Shown here: piece after piece, positions 1-10,381 of the stretch
Position numbering within the stretch: the stretch's first letter is position 1
Layout: the number at the start of each line of letters is the position of its first letter
DNA from: Candidatus Bathyarchaeum tardum
Lineage (GTDB): Archaea > Thermoproteota > Bathyarchaeia > Bathyarchaeales > Bathyarchaeaceae
Direction of reading: 5' to 3'
Assembly: GCA_024650005.2 (NCBI GenBank)
Contig: CP122380.1
Location: 1,152,001 to 1,216,000, forward strand
Length of the DNA stretch: 64,000 nucleotides
The notes under the pieces: model-generated
What the model saw: the letters and a program-made list of their open reading frames with translations, nothing else
Database searches by the model: none
What the model was told of the DNA's origin: nothing
Program-made: the position numbers and the translations under genes

Positions 1-1
1 T

Positions 2-484
2 GATGTTGACATATTATTTCCATTCTTGGAACATCGAGGACCACTCCATTCTGTCCTCTTTTGGTGTTTAATTTTTGTTCCATTGTTTTGGATTTATAGA
101 AAACGAGCTGCACCTTATTTTGTTGCGGTACTTCAACATAGTTTAATTGGAGATTTTTTAACTGGCGGCAGCCAACTACTGTGGCCTTTTTCCTTGGAAT
201 CATATGGGTTAGACATTGGAATAAGAAGCACATTTAATTTGGGTCTAGAATGGGTTTTGTTTATTGCTTCAGTATTGGTTATGTTTAAAGCAAAAGACTT
301 GAAGATGCTTTTAAAACCTGATTCAACAAATTTTGTTTTGTTGATACCCTTGATGACCGTTCTTTTGCCCATAATTGTGAGTTTTCCATTGTATATCTCA
401 ATGGTTTTACTTGTTCCTCATCTTTTCTTTGTAGGTCTTTTTGGAATTTCCCTTTATGTTGCATTAAGAGATTTTCAAAATTAA
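2..484 (+). CDS. Membrane-bound metal-dependent hydrolase (YdjM/DUF457-like), 5'-partial
   Basis: The frame is open from the window edge: DVDILFPFLEHRGPLHS matches the DxD...HRGxxHS motif, followed by HSLIGD and several TM segments. Confidence 0.75.
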   Translation, partial: DVDILFPFLEHRGPLHSVLFWCLIFVPLFWIYRKRAAPYFVAVLQHSLIGDFLTGGSQLLWPFSLESYGLDIGIRSTFNLGLEWVLFIASVLVMFKAKDLKMLLKPDSTNFVLLIPLMTVLLPIIVSFPLYISMVLLVPHLFFVGLFGISLYVALRDFQN

Positions 485-652
485 GTACCGTCTTGTTCAT
501 TTTTTTATCTTTCAGATTTTTTGTTATGAACAACGAAACTACTAAATTGAGCCCTAATGGAAAAACTGATTTTTTTTGGAATCATAAAACCTTATTAGAT
601 TTGTAATTTAACATAACCGTATGTTGTCTACGGATTCAAATGGTGCCTGATA

Positions 653-1642
653 ATGAAAGTAAAAGTCGGTGTTGTAGGATTAGGGTTCATGGGTTCTGCT
701 CATGCCAGGGTTTACAAAAAACTAAACAACTGTGAATTGGTTGCAATTTGTGATAGCGACCCGACAAAAAAGGAGCTAGCAGATTCTTACGATTGCAAGT
801 TTTGTTCTGATTTATCCACGTTTTTAGAACAAGACTTAGATGCTGTAAGTGTTTGTACCCCCACTTCTATGCATCATGATGTTGTTTCAGCGGTTTTGGA
901 TGCTGGGAAACATGTTTTGGTTGAAAAACCTTTTGCTGATTCATTAACTAAAGGAGAATCATTAGTAAAAAAAGCAATTGAAGCTGACAAATTGCTTGGA
1001 GTAGGGTACATTGAAAGGTTTAATTCTGCTGTCAGATCCTTGAAGGAAGTTTTGGATTGTTCCAAAATTTTTTCTACAGTTTCTATGCGGTTTGGGCCGT
1101 TTCCTCCTCGAACAAAATACAGTGGAGTTTTTTTGGATTTAGCGTCCCATGAAATAGATTTGCTCAATTACCTGTTCGGTGAAGTCCCTAAAGTTTTGTA
1201 TGCTCATTTTTCTAGCAAAATCAATAACAATTTTGAAGATTACGCCTATATTTCATTGAAGTACGGACACATTCACAGCCACATCGAGGCAAGTTGGTTG
1301 CCGAATTATAAAGTCCGCCAAATCAGTTTGTACGCAAACGAGCGCTTTTATTCTTTGAATTATGCTCAGCAAAAATTGAAGATGTATAGAGCACCACCTA
1401 AAGCTAATATTGTAACTGGAAACTGGGAAGACATTTTATGGTTGTCCCGGCACATTAATGAAGAAATCCCTGTTTCAGTTGGAGAACCTTTGTTAATGGA
1501 GTTACAGTGTTTTGTTGATTCCGTAAAACAAAACGAACTTTTAGATCCCCTTTGCAGCCCACAAGAAGCTCTTAATGTTTTGAAGGTCACTGACTGCGCT
1601 TTCCGCAAAGCTAAGGTTAAAACAGGTTGCGAAAATCAGTAA
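653..1642 (+). CDS. Gfo/Idh/MocA family oxidoreductase
   Basis: GVVGLGFMG Rossmann motif, HVLVEKP, ERFN, DLASHEID. Confidence 0.9.
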   Translation: MKVKVGVVGLGFMGSAHARVYKKLNNCELVAICDSDPTKKELADSYDCKFCSDLSTFLEQDLDAVSVCTPTSMHHDVVSAVLDAGKHVLVEKPFADSLTKGESLVKKAIEADKLLGVGYIERFNSAVRSLKEVLDCSKIFSTVSMRFGPFPPRTKYSGVFLDLASHEIDLLNYLFGEVPKVLYAHFSSKINNNFEDYAYISLKYGHIHSHIEASWLPNYKVRQISLYANERFYSLNYAQQKLKMYRAPPKANIVTGNWEDILWLSRHINEEIPVSVGEPLLMELQCFVDSVKQNELLDPLCSPQEALNVLKVTDCAFRKAKVKTGCENQ

Positions 1643-2835
1643 CTAGTTTTGTTTATTTTTTTCCATCCCTTTTTGAAGGGTGAAATTTTTCGCAGTCTTT
1701 CTACTGCTTGGGGTACAGTTTCTAAGACGTAGTCTACTTCTTCATATGTGGTGTATTTTCCAATGGAAAGCCTTAACGAGCCGTGAGCTTCTTTTGGATC
1801 TAATCCGATGGCTAATAGGACATGACTTGCCTCTAGCGAATCTGATGAACAAGCCGAACCTGTAGATGCTGATATTCCAGCAAGATCCAGTTGCATTAGT
1901 AGTGATTCTCCTTCAATGTAGGCGAACCATAAGTTAGTGTTGTTTGGTAATCTTTTAGTTCTATGCCCATTAAGGTGTGAATCTTCAATGTTCAAAAGTT
2001 CTTTTATCAGTTTGTCCCGAAGTTGAGTTTGCTTTTTTGCGTCTGATTCCATCTCTTTTTGTTGAATTTTTGCTGCTTCGGCAAAGCCTACAATTCCGGG
2101 AACATTTACCGTAGATGCTCGTTTTTGAGCTTCTTGTCCCCCTCCATGAAGAAGGGGGTCAATTTTTGTGCCCTTTTTGATATACAGTCCCCCTACTCCT
2201 TTAGGTCCGTACATTTTATGGGCATTAATTGATAGCATGTCGATGTTCATTTTTTTAACATCAATTGGAATTTTTCCAAAACTTTGAGCTGCGTCAGAGT
2301 GGAAATAAACGTTTTTCTCTTTACAGATTTTTCCTATTTTTTCGATATCTTGTAATGTTCCAATTTCGTTGTTTGCATGCATTATGGAAACTAAAATCGT
2401 GTCTTTTCGAATTGCGTTCTCTAGTTCTGTTTCGTTGATTAAACCGTTTTTGTCTGCTGCAAGTCTGGTGATTTTGTATCCTTGTTGTTCTAGCCATTGG
2501 GCTGGCTCTAAAATGCAGTGATGTTCAATGGCTGATATTATGATATGTTTTCCTTTGTTTTTGTTGGCGTATGCTATGCCTTTAATGACGGTGTTGTTTG
2601 ATTCGGTTGCGCTGCCTGTAAAAATAAGTTCGTCCGGTTTTGCGTTCATTACTTGGGCGATTGTTTCTCTGGATTGTGTTAAAGCTTGTTTTGCTTCTCT
2701 GCCCTGCTTGTGCAAAGACATTGTGTTTCCATATTTTTCATTAAAATACGGTAGCATTGCCTTGAGGATTCTGGGGTCAACAGGAGTGGTTGCAGCGTAG
2801 TCCATGTAAACTTCCATTTTTTGGTCACTTAGCAA
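1636..2835 (-). CDS. iscS: Cysteine desulfurase (NifS/IscS family)
   Basis: YMDYAATTP, HANNEIG, PLP-lysine motif HKMYGPKG, catalytic STGSACSS. Confidence 0.93.
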   Translation of the reverse strand: MLSDQKMEVYMDYAATTPVDPRILKAMLPYFNEKYGNTMSLHKQGREAKQALTQSRETIAQVMNAKPDELIFTGSATESNNTVIKGIAYANKNKGKHIIISAIEHHCILEPAQWLEQQGYKITRLAADKNGLINETELENAIRKDTILVSIMHANNEIGTLQDIEKIGKICKEKNVYFHSDAAQSFGKIPIDVKKMNIDMLSINAHKMYGPKGVGGLYIKKGTKIDPLLHGGGQEAQKRASTVNVPGIVGFAEAAKIQQKEMESDAKKQTQLRDKLIKELLNIEDSHLNGHRTKRLPNNTNLWFAYIEGESLLMQLDLAGISASTGSACSSDSLEASHVLLAIGLDPKEAHGSLRLSIGKYTTYEEVDYVLETVPQAVERLRKISPFKKGWKKINKTSY

Positions 2836-3009
2836 CGTAACTTCATTATTTGTATTTAAGTCTATTCAGATTATTTTTTACTCTTTTTGTGTCTTTTGTG
2901 ATTCTGTCAAGTGAACTCTTGCAGCAAAAGACTCCTAGTGGAACTTAGGTTTTTGGAATATGGTCAGTTTTAAATTGGTTAGGTTTCATTTATTGCATGG
3001 TCGTGTGGT

Positions 3010-3486
3010 TTGGATTTCATAGTTGATAGTATGCTTGGCAAATTAGCTCGTTGGCTTCGTATGTTAGGGCATAATGTAACATATTATCGCAATTTTGATG
3101 ATGCAACTCTTCTGGTTTTGGCAAAAACTGAAAACCGTATATTGGTTACCCGTGACCTTAAGTTGTATCAAAAGGCTTTAAGTGACGGTTTAGAAACTTT
3201 TTTTGTTAATGCTAAAAAATCTGAAAAACGCCTTGCCCTTTTGGCTAATCGTTTTAGTTTTGAATTAGATATTGACCTGAATTTTTCTCGTTGCCCAAAA
3301 TGCAATGGTTCTCTTGTAAGTGTTTCTAAAGAGGAAATAAAAAACAAAATTCCTGACGGAACTTTCAAGTATTATGATGATTTTTGGCAATGCACCAATT
3401 GTGGTCAAGTCTATTGGAAAGGCGCACATTGGACACGTATACAAGGGGCTCTTGATGATGCTCGACGTGCCTTAGATTTGTTATAA
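3010..3486 (+). CDS. Mut7-C RNase domain protein (DUF82-like, PIN-like fold plus Zn ribbon)
   Basis: FIVDSMLGKLARWLRMLG, LVTRD, RCPKCNG...CTNCGQVYWKGAH. Confidence 0.9.
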   Translation: MDFIVDSMLGKLARWLRMLGHNVTYYRNFDDATLLVLAKTENRILVTRDLKLYQKALSDGLETFFVNAKKSEKRLALLANRFSFELDIDLNFSRCPKCNGSLVSVSKEEIKNKIPDGTFKYYDDFWQCTNCGQVYWKGAHWTRIQGALDDARRALDLL

Positions 3487-3553
3487 TTTTTGACGTAATG
3501 CTTATTTGACTCTTTTAGATTCTCTCAAAGGGCACAATTTGGAGGTGTAACCT

Positions 3554-3619
3554 ATGAGCCTAGATGAAGACTGGGAAGAAGACAAAGATGAAGAAGTAGA
3601 CGAAGATGAAGAATGGTAA
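3554..3619 (+). CDS. 21-aa acidic micropeptide MSLDEDWEEDKDEEVDEDEEW (not in ORF track)
   Basis: GGAGGTG Shine-Dalgarno at 3541-3547, ATG at 3554, TAA at 3617-3619, T-rich tract downstream. Confidence 0.6.
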   Translation: MSLDEDWEEDKDEEVDEDEEW

Positions 3620-3840
3620 ATAGAACCTTTTTTCAATTTTTTGTTTTTGTAATTTTTTACAGCTATTTAATTGAGATTTTTATCCTTTACTGTGAATTTT
3701 TAAAGCCATGAATTTATGGAACAAGTTTTATTGAAAGAAAACTTTGCTAACAATATACCCCCTGTTTTAGTTTCCAAATATGTATCAAGAACCTGTTAAT
3801 CATTGAAGATTTGTTTAGTGTTTTAATGAAAACTTATTTT

Positions 3841-4062
3841 TCAAGAAACATTTATTGAATTTTTTCTATTACGTTTAATCTTGTTAGTAACTTTGAAGTA
3901 ACTGTCAAAACAGCATCGGCAGTCAATCGGAAAACCGTTACAACTTTTTGAAGAGTTACAAAGTGCTCTTGCAAATATTTTCCAATCTTTTTCTCCAGCT
4001 TTTTGTATTTGGTGGCGTCTTGCTCTTTTTTGCCAATTTTTTTTGATCTTGTCCAAAAACAT
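3841..4062 (-). CDS. Small basic Cys-containing hypothetical protein
   Basis: 73-aa ORF MFLDKIKKNW...C-x5-C-x6-CRCC with a purine-rich leader; no recognisable family. Confidence 0.45.
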   Translation of the reverse strand: MFLDKIKKNWQKRARRHQIQKAGEKDWKIFARALCNSSKSCNGFPIDCRCCFDSYFKVTNKIKRNRKNSINVS

Positions 4063-4190
4063 GTTTTCACTTCTCTTAGTTAGAAAAGGCAACTTTCTTT
4101 GCAGGTACTGTGTAAGAGTATATTTGTTGTTTTTTTAAAATAACCGTTATGAAACTTTTTTCTAGAAAAAACACGAATTTTCAATATTTT

Positions 4191-5447
4191 TTATCCAAAG
4201 AAGGTGGTGTGAAGTACCATGAAATCCAGAACTCCGACTATGTATGAAGGTATCCAAAAGGCTGTTGTTAATATTGCCAATTTTTTGGTTTTGGCTGGAA
4301 ACGATGTCGATTCCGGTCGCCATAATGCAACTAGCCAGATTCCAAAAATTAACGCTGGAACAGAAAAAACACCGTGTAAAATATTCATGATTAAGCGCAG
4401 GGGCGTGTTGGAAAAAGCCTCTAACGATGTCAAGCTCAAGGGATCCATTAATATTACCGAAGAAAAACCAATTATCCATGCAGACATTACGATTAACAGG
4501 GTAATTTCGTGGACAAAATACTTGCCTTTTTTGCGAACCCACATGCTAATTAAGACAACAGCGGTCCAGAATGTTTGCATAATTAGATTAAATTCAGCAA
4601 AACTTAATCCAATGGAGTTAAAGGGAAAAAAAAGTATAGTTGCAATCTCAACCACAAAGACTCCAATTATTGAAAGAATTGCAATTTTTCCTTGGGATAT
4701 TTGAGCTAAACTGTTTTGGTTTTTTCTCTTTTTGCGGTTAACCGCTGCTGCGCTAAACAAGATTAGAACTGAAGCAGCAATAACTAGTATAATAGGTTCG
4801 TAAAAGCCTGATTCATTTTCTGTTTTTTCTTTTGGTTCCCAAATGTTTGTTGCTACCGCTTTTGTGGTAACTATAATATCTTCGATGTACCATCCATTTT
4901 TGTTAGTTTTATTTTTTACTTGTTCTACTGAAGCAATGAAAAAGCCTGTTTGTTTATCCCATTCTTTTACTTCTCTAACGTTATCATGTCCACACGTAAC
5001 AGTTCGGATTGCACCTAAAACCGTTTTTTGTTCTTCATTTTCAATAGTTACATTAACTGGAATCCCGCTGTGCCGTGCTAAATCATAAAATGTGTCTCCG
5101 GGACTGAGATTTGCAGGAATAATAACCCAGCCTCCTACTTCACCTTCAGTAAAATTAAATTCCCAAACAGCACTGCCCACTGTTCCATTGGAATATCGTG
5201 CAGTAACATTCAATGAAAATGCTGTACCATAAACGGGTAAAACTTCCATTCGCATCCAAGTAACATCATGTGTTGGAGGCATGGAGCCGTTACCTGCAAT
5301 AATCACGTCATATTCAACCCAATCGCCTTCTTTGACTCCTACTATTGGTTCGTTTGATCCACCTGCTTGTAGAACAATTAATGAAGGAATAAGTAACAAA
5401 AAAGCAAAAAAAACAGTGAAAAATTGAGACAATTTTCTTTGCAGCAA
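4191..5447 (-). CDS. Membrane protein: signal peptide, extracellular domain and C-terminal multi-TM (DUF420-like) domain
   Basis: N-terminal hydrophobic helix, VGVKEGDWVEY domain, then about 6 TM helices with two intramembrane His. Confidence 0.65.
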   Translation of the reverse strand: MLQRKLSQFFTVFFAFLLLIPSLIVLQAGGSNEPIVGVKEGDWVEYDVIIAGNGSMPPTHDVTWMRMEVLPVYGTAFSLNVTARYSNGTVGSAVWEFNFTEGEVGGWVIIPANLSPGDTFYDLARHSGIPVNVTIENEEQKTVLGAIRTVTCGHDNVREVKEWDKQTGFFIASVEQVKNKTNKNGWYIEDIIVTTKAVATNIWEPKEKTENESGFYEPIILVIAASVLILFSAAAVNRKKRKNQNSLAQISQGKIAILSIIGVFVVEIATILFFPFNSIGLSFAEFNLIMQTFWTAVVLISMWVRKKGKYFVHEITLLIVMSAWIIGFSSVILMDPLSLTSLEAFSNTPLRLIMNILHGVFSVPALIFGIWLVALWRPESTSFPAKTKKLAILTTAFWIPSYIVGVLDFMVLHTTFFG

Positions 5448-5484
5448 ACCTATTCCCTGTTTAAATTTCGGTTTATTTTTTGAT

Positions 5485-5590
5485 AAAAGGTTTTTTGTAA
5501 ATGTTTTTTGACTAAATAAGCATTAAAGTTGGAATTTTAGTCAAGATTTCTTGACAATGACCGAGTGTTTGAAGTCAAAATTTCTTGACC
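5485..5590. promoter_or_regulatory. Operator-like palindromes plus BRE/TATA-like element upstream of 4191-5447
   Basis: TTAGTCAAGATTTCTTGAC at 5537-5555, AGTCAAAATTTCTTGACC at 5573-5590, and a degenerate site plus AAAAAACCTTTT on the minus strand at 5485-5515. Confidence 0.6.
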
Positions 5591-5601
5591 TACTTTGGAA
5601 T

Positions 5602-6846
5602 TTAGCCCATGCTGTTCCAATAAACGATTTCTGAATAAAGGTCATCTAAAGGAAAGTTTGGGTCATTATAAACTATGTCTAAAGCCAATCCATATTCCTC
5701 AAGTAACTCTTGTGTTCTGTTCCAGATTTGCTCTGAATGTTCATCAGGTCCCCAGTATCCCCATATTCTGTCATCTATGCTGCGCATTCCCCAACCATAA
5801 TCTTCAGGTAAAACTAACGCGGTTTCTGCTACTGTTCGGCTATATTCTTCTGGGTTTTGTTCCATGTATCTCCAAAATTGTTTCATTGCTTCAAAGTGTT
5901 CTTCCGTTAAAATTCCGTATGGGTTTCCAGGTGGGTTTGTGGGGTAGTTGAAAATTATTATGAAGTTAGCTCCTGCTTCGTATGAAATCATCATGTCATC
6001 AAGCATTTCACTTGCAGATTTGTATTCGCCTTGTGTTATGTTGTTTGGGTCTAGGTTATTCCATACAATTATTGTACCCCAATCTTTTTGTTGAACCTTA
6101 GCAGCTCCCCTGCCCAGTGCTATGTGTTTTTCTGAGTCATGTTCCCAGCCTAATTCAACAAACACAGTGTCATATCCTGCAAGGTAATCAAAATAATAAA
6201 GAGCATAATCAGAAGTAAATGCAGTAATTGATTGGTTGTTCAACACTTTGAGTTTTAAATGTTCTTGAATATATTCTATGTAATTGTTTTTTACAGTATT
6301 ATAGTCTCGGTTAACTGTTTGATTTGGATAATCTGGAATGAATTTTTCCATATCTTCATATAATTCAGGCCATAACTGTTTCACTCGAAGAAAAACTGAT
6401 GGCCAGTTATCGTCGAGTTGTATGCCTCCAGGTTCATCAAAGAGATAAACCCCCAAAAACTGCTCACCCCATGTTTCAGTTGCCGTCGTTAGCCACGGAA
6501 TCTGCCAAGGCGCTCTAGGGTCAAACCATCCAAAGAACACAATAAAATCTAATCCTGCATCTGCAGCATAGTCACAGATTATGTTTGTTGCTGTTTCGTT
6601 TTTACTTACAGGTCCTGATTGTATTACCAAAAGGTTAGTGTAATCCTTGATTTTGTCGATTAATAACATTGCTTCTTCGGGGGTGTCCCCACAAAAGGAA
6701 ACTCCAAAATATGGATCAACTGGATAAGTGTTTTTTGTTTCGGTACCCTTAGGTAAAACTAAAACTGTTGCTGCAATTATAACCACTAGTAACAAACAAA
6801 GAAATAATAATCTAAGTTTGGGTTCTTCCCGCTTTTTTAACGTCAA
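5602..6846 (-). CDS. Membrane-anchored extracellular hypothetical protein, possibly a TIM-barrel glycoside hydrolase-like fold
   Basis: N-terminal TM anchor; FLGVYLFDEPGG, FTSDYALYYFDY and VFVELGW motifs. Confidence 0.6.
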   Translation of the reverse strand: MTLKKREEPKLRLLFLCLLLVVIIAATVLVLPKGTETKNTYPVDPYFGVSFCGDTPEEAMLLIDKIKDYTNLLVIQSGPVSKNETATNIICDYAADAGLDFIVFFGWFDPRAPWQIPWLTTATETWGEQFLGVYLFDEPGGIQLDDNWPSVFLRVKQLWPELYEDMEKFIPDYPNQTVNRDYNTVKNNYIEYIQEHLKLKVLNNQSITAFTSDYALYYFDYLAGYDTVFVELGWEHDSEKHIALGRGAAKVQQKDWGTIIVWNNLDPNNITQGEYKSASEMLDDMMISYEAGANFIIIFNYPTNPPGNPYGILTEEHFEAMKQFWRYMEQNPEEYSRTVAETALVLPEDYGWGMRSIDDRIWGYWGPDEHSEQIWNRTQELLEEYGLALDIVYNDPNFPLDDLYSEIVYWNSMG

Positions 6847-6974
6847 TTTTATTCAACTTGACTTGGTTATTTTATTTGTAAAGAGCTTTCTAGTTGATTT
6901 AAGATTTTTGTGAAAACAACTGAAAAATGTATTGACTTATTTGTTTAAATTTTATACTGGCATGCCAAACATTT

Positions 6975-7400
6975 CTATTTGATATCAACGTTTATTTCAA
7001 CGCCGTTTCTGATGCTTTGAGTTACAGTGCAGTAATCTTCAAACAGTTTTAAGCATCGGGGGACTCGATGTTTGTCTTCTTCATTTACTTCTAACTGGAT
7101 TTCAAGGTCAATGCTTTTAATTCTGATTTTTTTCTGGTCGTTTCGGTAAAGGTTTGTTGTTACTTTTGTTTGGATGTCTTTGATTTGTACTCTTGCTTTT
7201 TTTAAACAATATACCAAACTAGTACTCATACAATGACCAACAGCAGCAGACAATAACCGGGGAGGATTAGGTCCAGCACCTTCACCGTCGGGTATAATTT
7301 CATCTAAGATAATGTTTGGCAAGTATTCTACATCAAACTCTGTATTAAATTGATAATTGTCCACCAGCTGCAATTTTGTAACAATACTTTTTTCTGTCAT
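6975..7400 (-). CDS. OsmC family protein
   Basis: GPNPPRLLSAAVGHC...YCTVTQSI two-Cys OsmC pattern. Confidence 0.88.
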   Translation of the reverse strand: MTEKSIVTKLQLVDNYQFNTEFDVEYLPNIILDEIIPDGEGAGPNPPRLLSAAVGHCMSTSLVYCLKKARVQIKDIQTKVTTNLYRNDQKKIRIKSIDLEIQLEVNEEDKHRVPRCLKLFEDYCTVTQSIRNGVEINVDIK

Positions 7401-7503
7401 TTTTTTAACCCTTTTTTGTTCCTTATGTTCATATAATTGCTTTTATTATTACTAAACTTTTTTTGTAAATATTTCTTGACCTAACAAAAACGTGTGTTGA
7501 AAG

Positions 7504-7534
7504 TTAGTCAAGGTTTCTTGATAAAAAACCTTTT
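7504..7534 (+). promoter_or_regulatory. 31-bp operator plus BRE/TATA-like block upstream of the ABC operon
   Basis: TTAGTCAAGGTTTCTTGATAAAAAACCTTTT; exact reverse complement at 12056-12086. Confidence 0.7.
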
Positions 7535-7582
7535 GAATATACCTGTTGAATTGTATTTATTGCACTTTAACAAGTAAAGCAA

Positions 7583-8755
7583 TTGAGGTTTGATTGTTTG
7601 AATCCATTCACATATGCCCTGAAAGAAATTCGAAGACGTAAATATCGAACCTTAATCAACATTTTAGGATTTGCCATCGCAGTAACTACCTTAATTACGT
7701 TAGTCATGGCTGCCCGAGGCTGGGAAGCCTGTACCACAAAACCCTTGAACAATATCGGAACAGACATCATCTACATCTACACTGCCCCAATAGATCCATC
7801 AAACAAAGGCTGTTACATAGTTAACCATCTGTTTTCGTATCCTTTCAATCAAACCCTGCTGGATGAAATCGAACAATTACCCAATGTTGAATCTGCTGTT
7901 CCAATTCTTATGCACCGGTTGCGGGCTATGGTTTTTACAGGAATTGACCCATCAGAAACTGTAACAAACGCAGTTTTACCCCGTGATGTAATAGAAGGCA
8001 GATATCTAAACCCTGATGATGGTTACGTTGCATTAATTGACAAAGAATATGCTGACTTAAACAACCTTACTTTGGGCTCAATAGTAAATTATGTAGCAGA
8101 TTATGAAGTAGTAGGAATAGTTGAAGTCAGTGCAACAAACATCATGAAATCCCATATTTATGTAAATTTACCTGTTGTTCAACAAGTTTTACCTGAACAG
8201 CCTATTGGATTGGTGAATATTGGGCTAATTCGAACAGTTAGCCCAACTACTGTGGAAGAAACTGCTGCTGCCTTGGAGAAACAATGGCCTAATTCCAGCA
8301 TATTAACTGGCTCAGATTTAGCTGATACTGCCTTTAGCATAATCAGAATAAATGAAGAAACCGCTTGGAGTTTTTCTTTAGCGCTAGTAGTTATCATGGT
8401 TCTGTTTATGGTTAAATCACAGTTAGGCAATGTTTCTGAACGAACAAAAGAAATTGGAATCCTTAAAGCAATAGGCTGGAGCAACTCCAACGTTGTAAAC
8501 CAGATAGTTTCAGAATCACTAATCCAAGCAACAATTGGTGGAATCGTCGGATGTGGACTAGGATACATTTTCGCCATGTATGTTTTGTCTACCATTGGTG
8601 GCGAAATCGGAGGAGCCCTCAATCTCGTTACAGTTGACCCTTTGCTTTTTGGAATAGGATTTTCGGTAGCCATACTAACCGGAGTTACGGCAGGGCTGTT
8701 TTCATCATTACGGGCTGCGCGATTAACCCCTGTTAAAGCTATAAAAACAATTTAA
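7583..8755 (+). CDS. MacB/FtsX-type ABC transporter permease
   Basis: ERTKEIGILKAIGWS motif, large extracellular loop, AARLTPVKAI C-terminus. Confidence 0.9.
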   Translation: MRFDCLNPFTYALKEIRRRKYRTLINILGFAIAVTTLITLVMAARGWEACTTKPLNNIGTDIIYIYTAPIDPSNKGCYIVNHLFSYPFNQTLLDEIEQLPNVESAVPILMHRLRAMVFTGIDPSETVTNAVLPRDVIEGRYLNPDDGYVALIDKEYADLNNLTLGSIVNYVADYEVVGIVEVSATNIMKSHIYVNLPVVQQVLPEQPIGLVNIGLIRTVSPTTVEETAAALEKQWPNSSILTGSDLADTAFSIIRINEETAWSFSLALVVIMVLFMVKSQLGNVSERTKEIGILKAIGWSNSNVVNQIVSESLIQATIGGIVGCGLGYIFAMYVLSTIGGEIGGALNLVTVDPLLFGIGFSVAILTGVTAGLFSSLRAARLTPVKAIKTI

Positions 8756-8767
8756 CGAGGAAAACAG

Positions 8768-9472
8768 ATGTCAACCAAAAATATAATACAACTTTCAAAT
8801 CTAACGAAAACCTACAAAAAAGGAAGCGCCAAAGAAATTAATGCAGTGGACAACGTTTCTTTACAGGTAAAACAAGGGGAATTTCTTACAATTTTAGGTC
8901 CCTCGGGAAGTGGTAAAACTACTCTTCTTAACCTCATTGGTGGTCTAGACAAACCCACATCAGGTAAAATAACTGTTGACGACTTGGAGATTTCTAAACT
9001 AAAAGAAAACCAGTTAGTTAAAGTAAGGCGTGAAAAAATTGGTTTTGTGTTTCAGGCCTTTAATTTGATTCCAACCTTTTCTGCCCTTGAGAACATACAA
9101 GCAACTTTAGCTCCAACAAACATGCAAAAAAACAAACAACTTGAACGGAGTAATGAGCTTCTTGCAATGGTTAATTTAGAGCAAAGGGGAAATCATTTGC
9201 CTTCAGAATTAAGTGCAGGCGAACAACAAAGAATTGCAATTGCCCGTGCATTTGCGAATGGTCCCAAGATTGTTTTGTTGGATGAACCCACCGGGAACTT
9301 GGATACTACAACTGGAAAAGAAATTCTGGCTTTATGTCACAAAGCCAGTAAAGAACATGGGCAAACCGTTGTTGCTGTAACCCACGCAGATTATGTTAAA
9401 AATTACACAAACCGTTTGTTGTTTATGCGTGACGGAAAACTGTTTACAGAACTGCCTGAAGAAAAGCCTTAA
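8768..9472 (+). CDS. ABC transporter ATP-binding protein (LolD/MacB-like)
   Basis: GPSGSGKT, LSAGEQQR, LLDEPTGNLD. Confidence 0.93.
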   Translation: MSTKNIIQLSNLTKTYKKGSAKEINAVDNVSLQVKQGEFLTILGPSGSGKTTLLNLIGGLDKPTSGKITVDDLEISKLKENQLVKVRREKIGFVFQAFNLIPTFSALENIQATLAPTNMQKNKQLERSNELLAMVNLEQRGNHLPSELSAGEQQRIAIARAFANGPKIVLLDEPTGNLDTTTGKEILALCHKASKEHGQTVVAVTHADYVKNYTNRLLFMRDGKLFTELPEEKP

Positions 9473-9495
9473 CCAATTAACTAATTTTTGTAACT

Positions 9496-10377
9496 TCACG
9501 ATTTTAAGCGTTTAATTAAAATGTAAACAATTGTTGTTAGCGCAACCGTTGCAATGATTGTGATTATTAGACCTAATTCCATAGGTATGGTTGTTCCTAG
9601 AAAACCCTTTTTTGTTGTAGGTCCAGCATAGGCGACCATAAGTGGGAATATGTCAACATCATCTTCAGTCACTTGGTATGGTATATCTCCAATTCCGTTT
9701 CCATCAGTATCTGGACCGTTATAGTCTCCCCAGTAATTGCCACAAGTGCCATTATTCCAGATGTTCAGATGTTGTTTCCATTTTGGTTCGGTGCATTCAC
9801 AGTCGTAAACATTCCAAGTGTTGTTAACAAAGCTATTCAAGTAAAAAACGTTATACACAATTTCATGTTCCACAGGGATTGGACCCAAAAACACTCCCTG
9901 GATGTTACCTTCCACATAGTTTTCTATGATGGTATTCGGACAAGCTGCAAGAAAAATTCCAACATTTGAACCTTTTACTGTGTTCTTAGTAATCGTGTTT
10001 CCTGTTGTCCAGATATAAACTCCTATATTAAAATCGATAATATTCAAGTTTTTAATGGTTACGTTGCCATTCGTAACGTTTGATAGTTCAATTCCAAAAT
10101 CCCAAGAACCAACAGGTAAAATTCGAGGCACCGATTTGAGTGTGTGTCCTTTTCCATCAATTATTATGTTGTTTTTTTCCACTATAATTCCGTAGGAATC
10201 TTCAATGTCCCCTGAAAAAATGTATGTGTCTCCGCTGCGATAGATTTTGTTAGTTCCTTCAATGGTGCCCTCAGCGCGGATAAATATCATTTGAGCTCCT
10301 TTAACTGGTAATAAATTAACTGCACAGAAATTAACTAAAAGCAACGAAGTAATCAACAGTAATTTGATTTTTTTCAT
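9496..10377 (-). CDS. NosD/CASH-type parallel beta-helix surface protein
   Basis: Signal peptide, Asn/Gly-rich beta-helix repeats, GNYWGDYNGPDTDGNGIGDIPY motif, C-terminal TM. Confidence 0.8.
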   Translation of the reverse strand: MKKIKLLLITSLLLVNFCAVNLLPVKGAQMIFIRAEGTIEGTNKIYRSGDTYIFSGDIEDSYGIIVEKNNIIIDGKGHTLKSVPRILPVGSWDFGIELSNVTNGNVTIKNLNIIDFNIGVYIWTTGNTITKNTVKGSNVGIFLAACPNTIIENYVEGNIQGVFLGPIPVEHEIVYNVFYLNSFVNNTWNVYDCECTEPKWKQHLNIWNNGTCGNYWGDYNGPDTDGNGIGDIPYQVTEDDVDIFPLMVAYAGPTTKKGFLGTTIPMELGLIITIIATVALTTIVYILIKRLKS

Positions 10378-10381
10378 TTGA

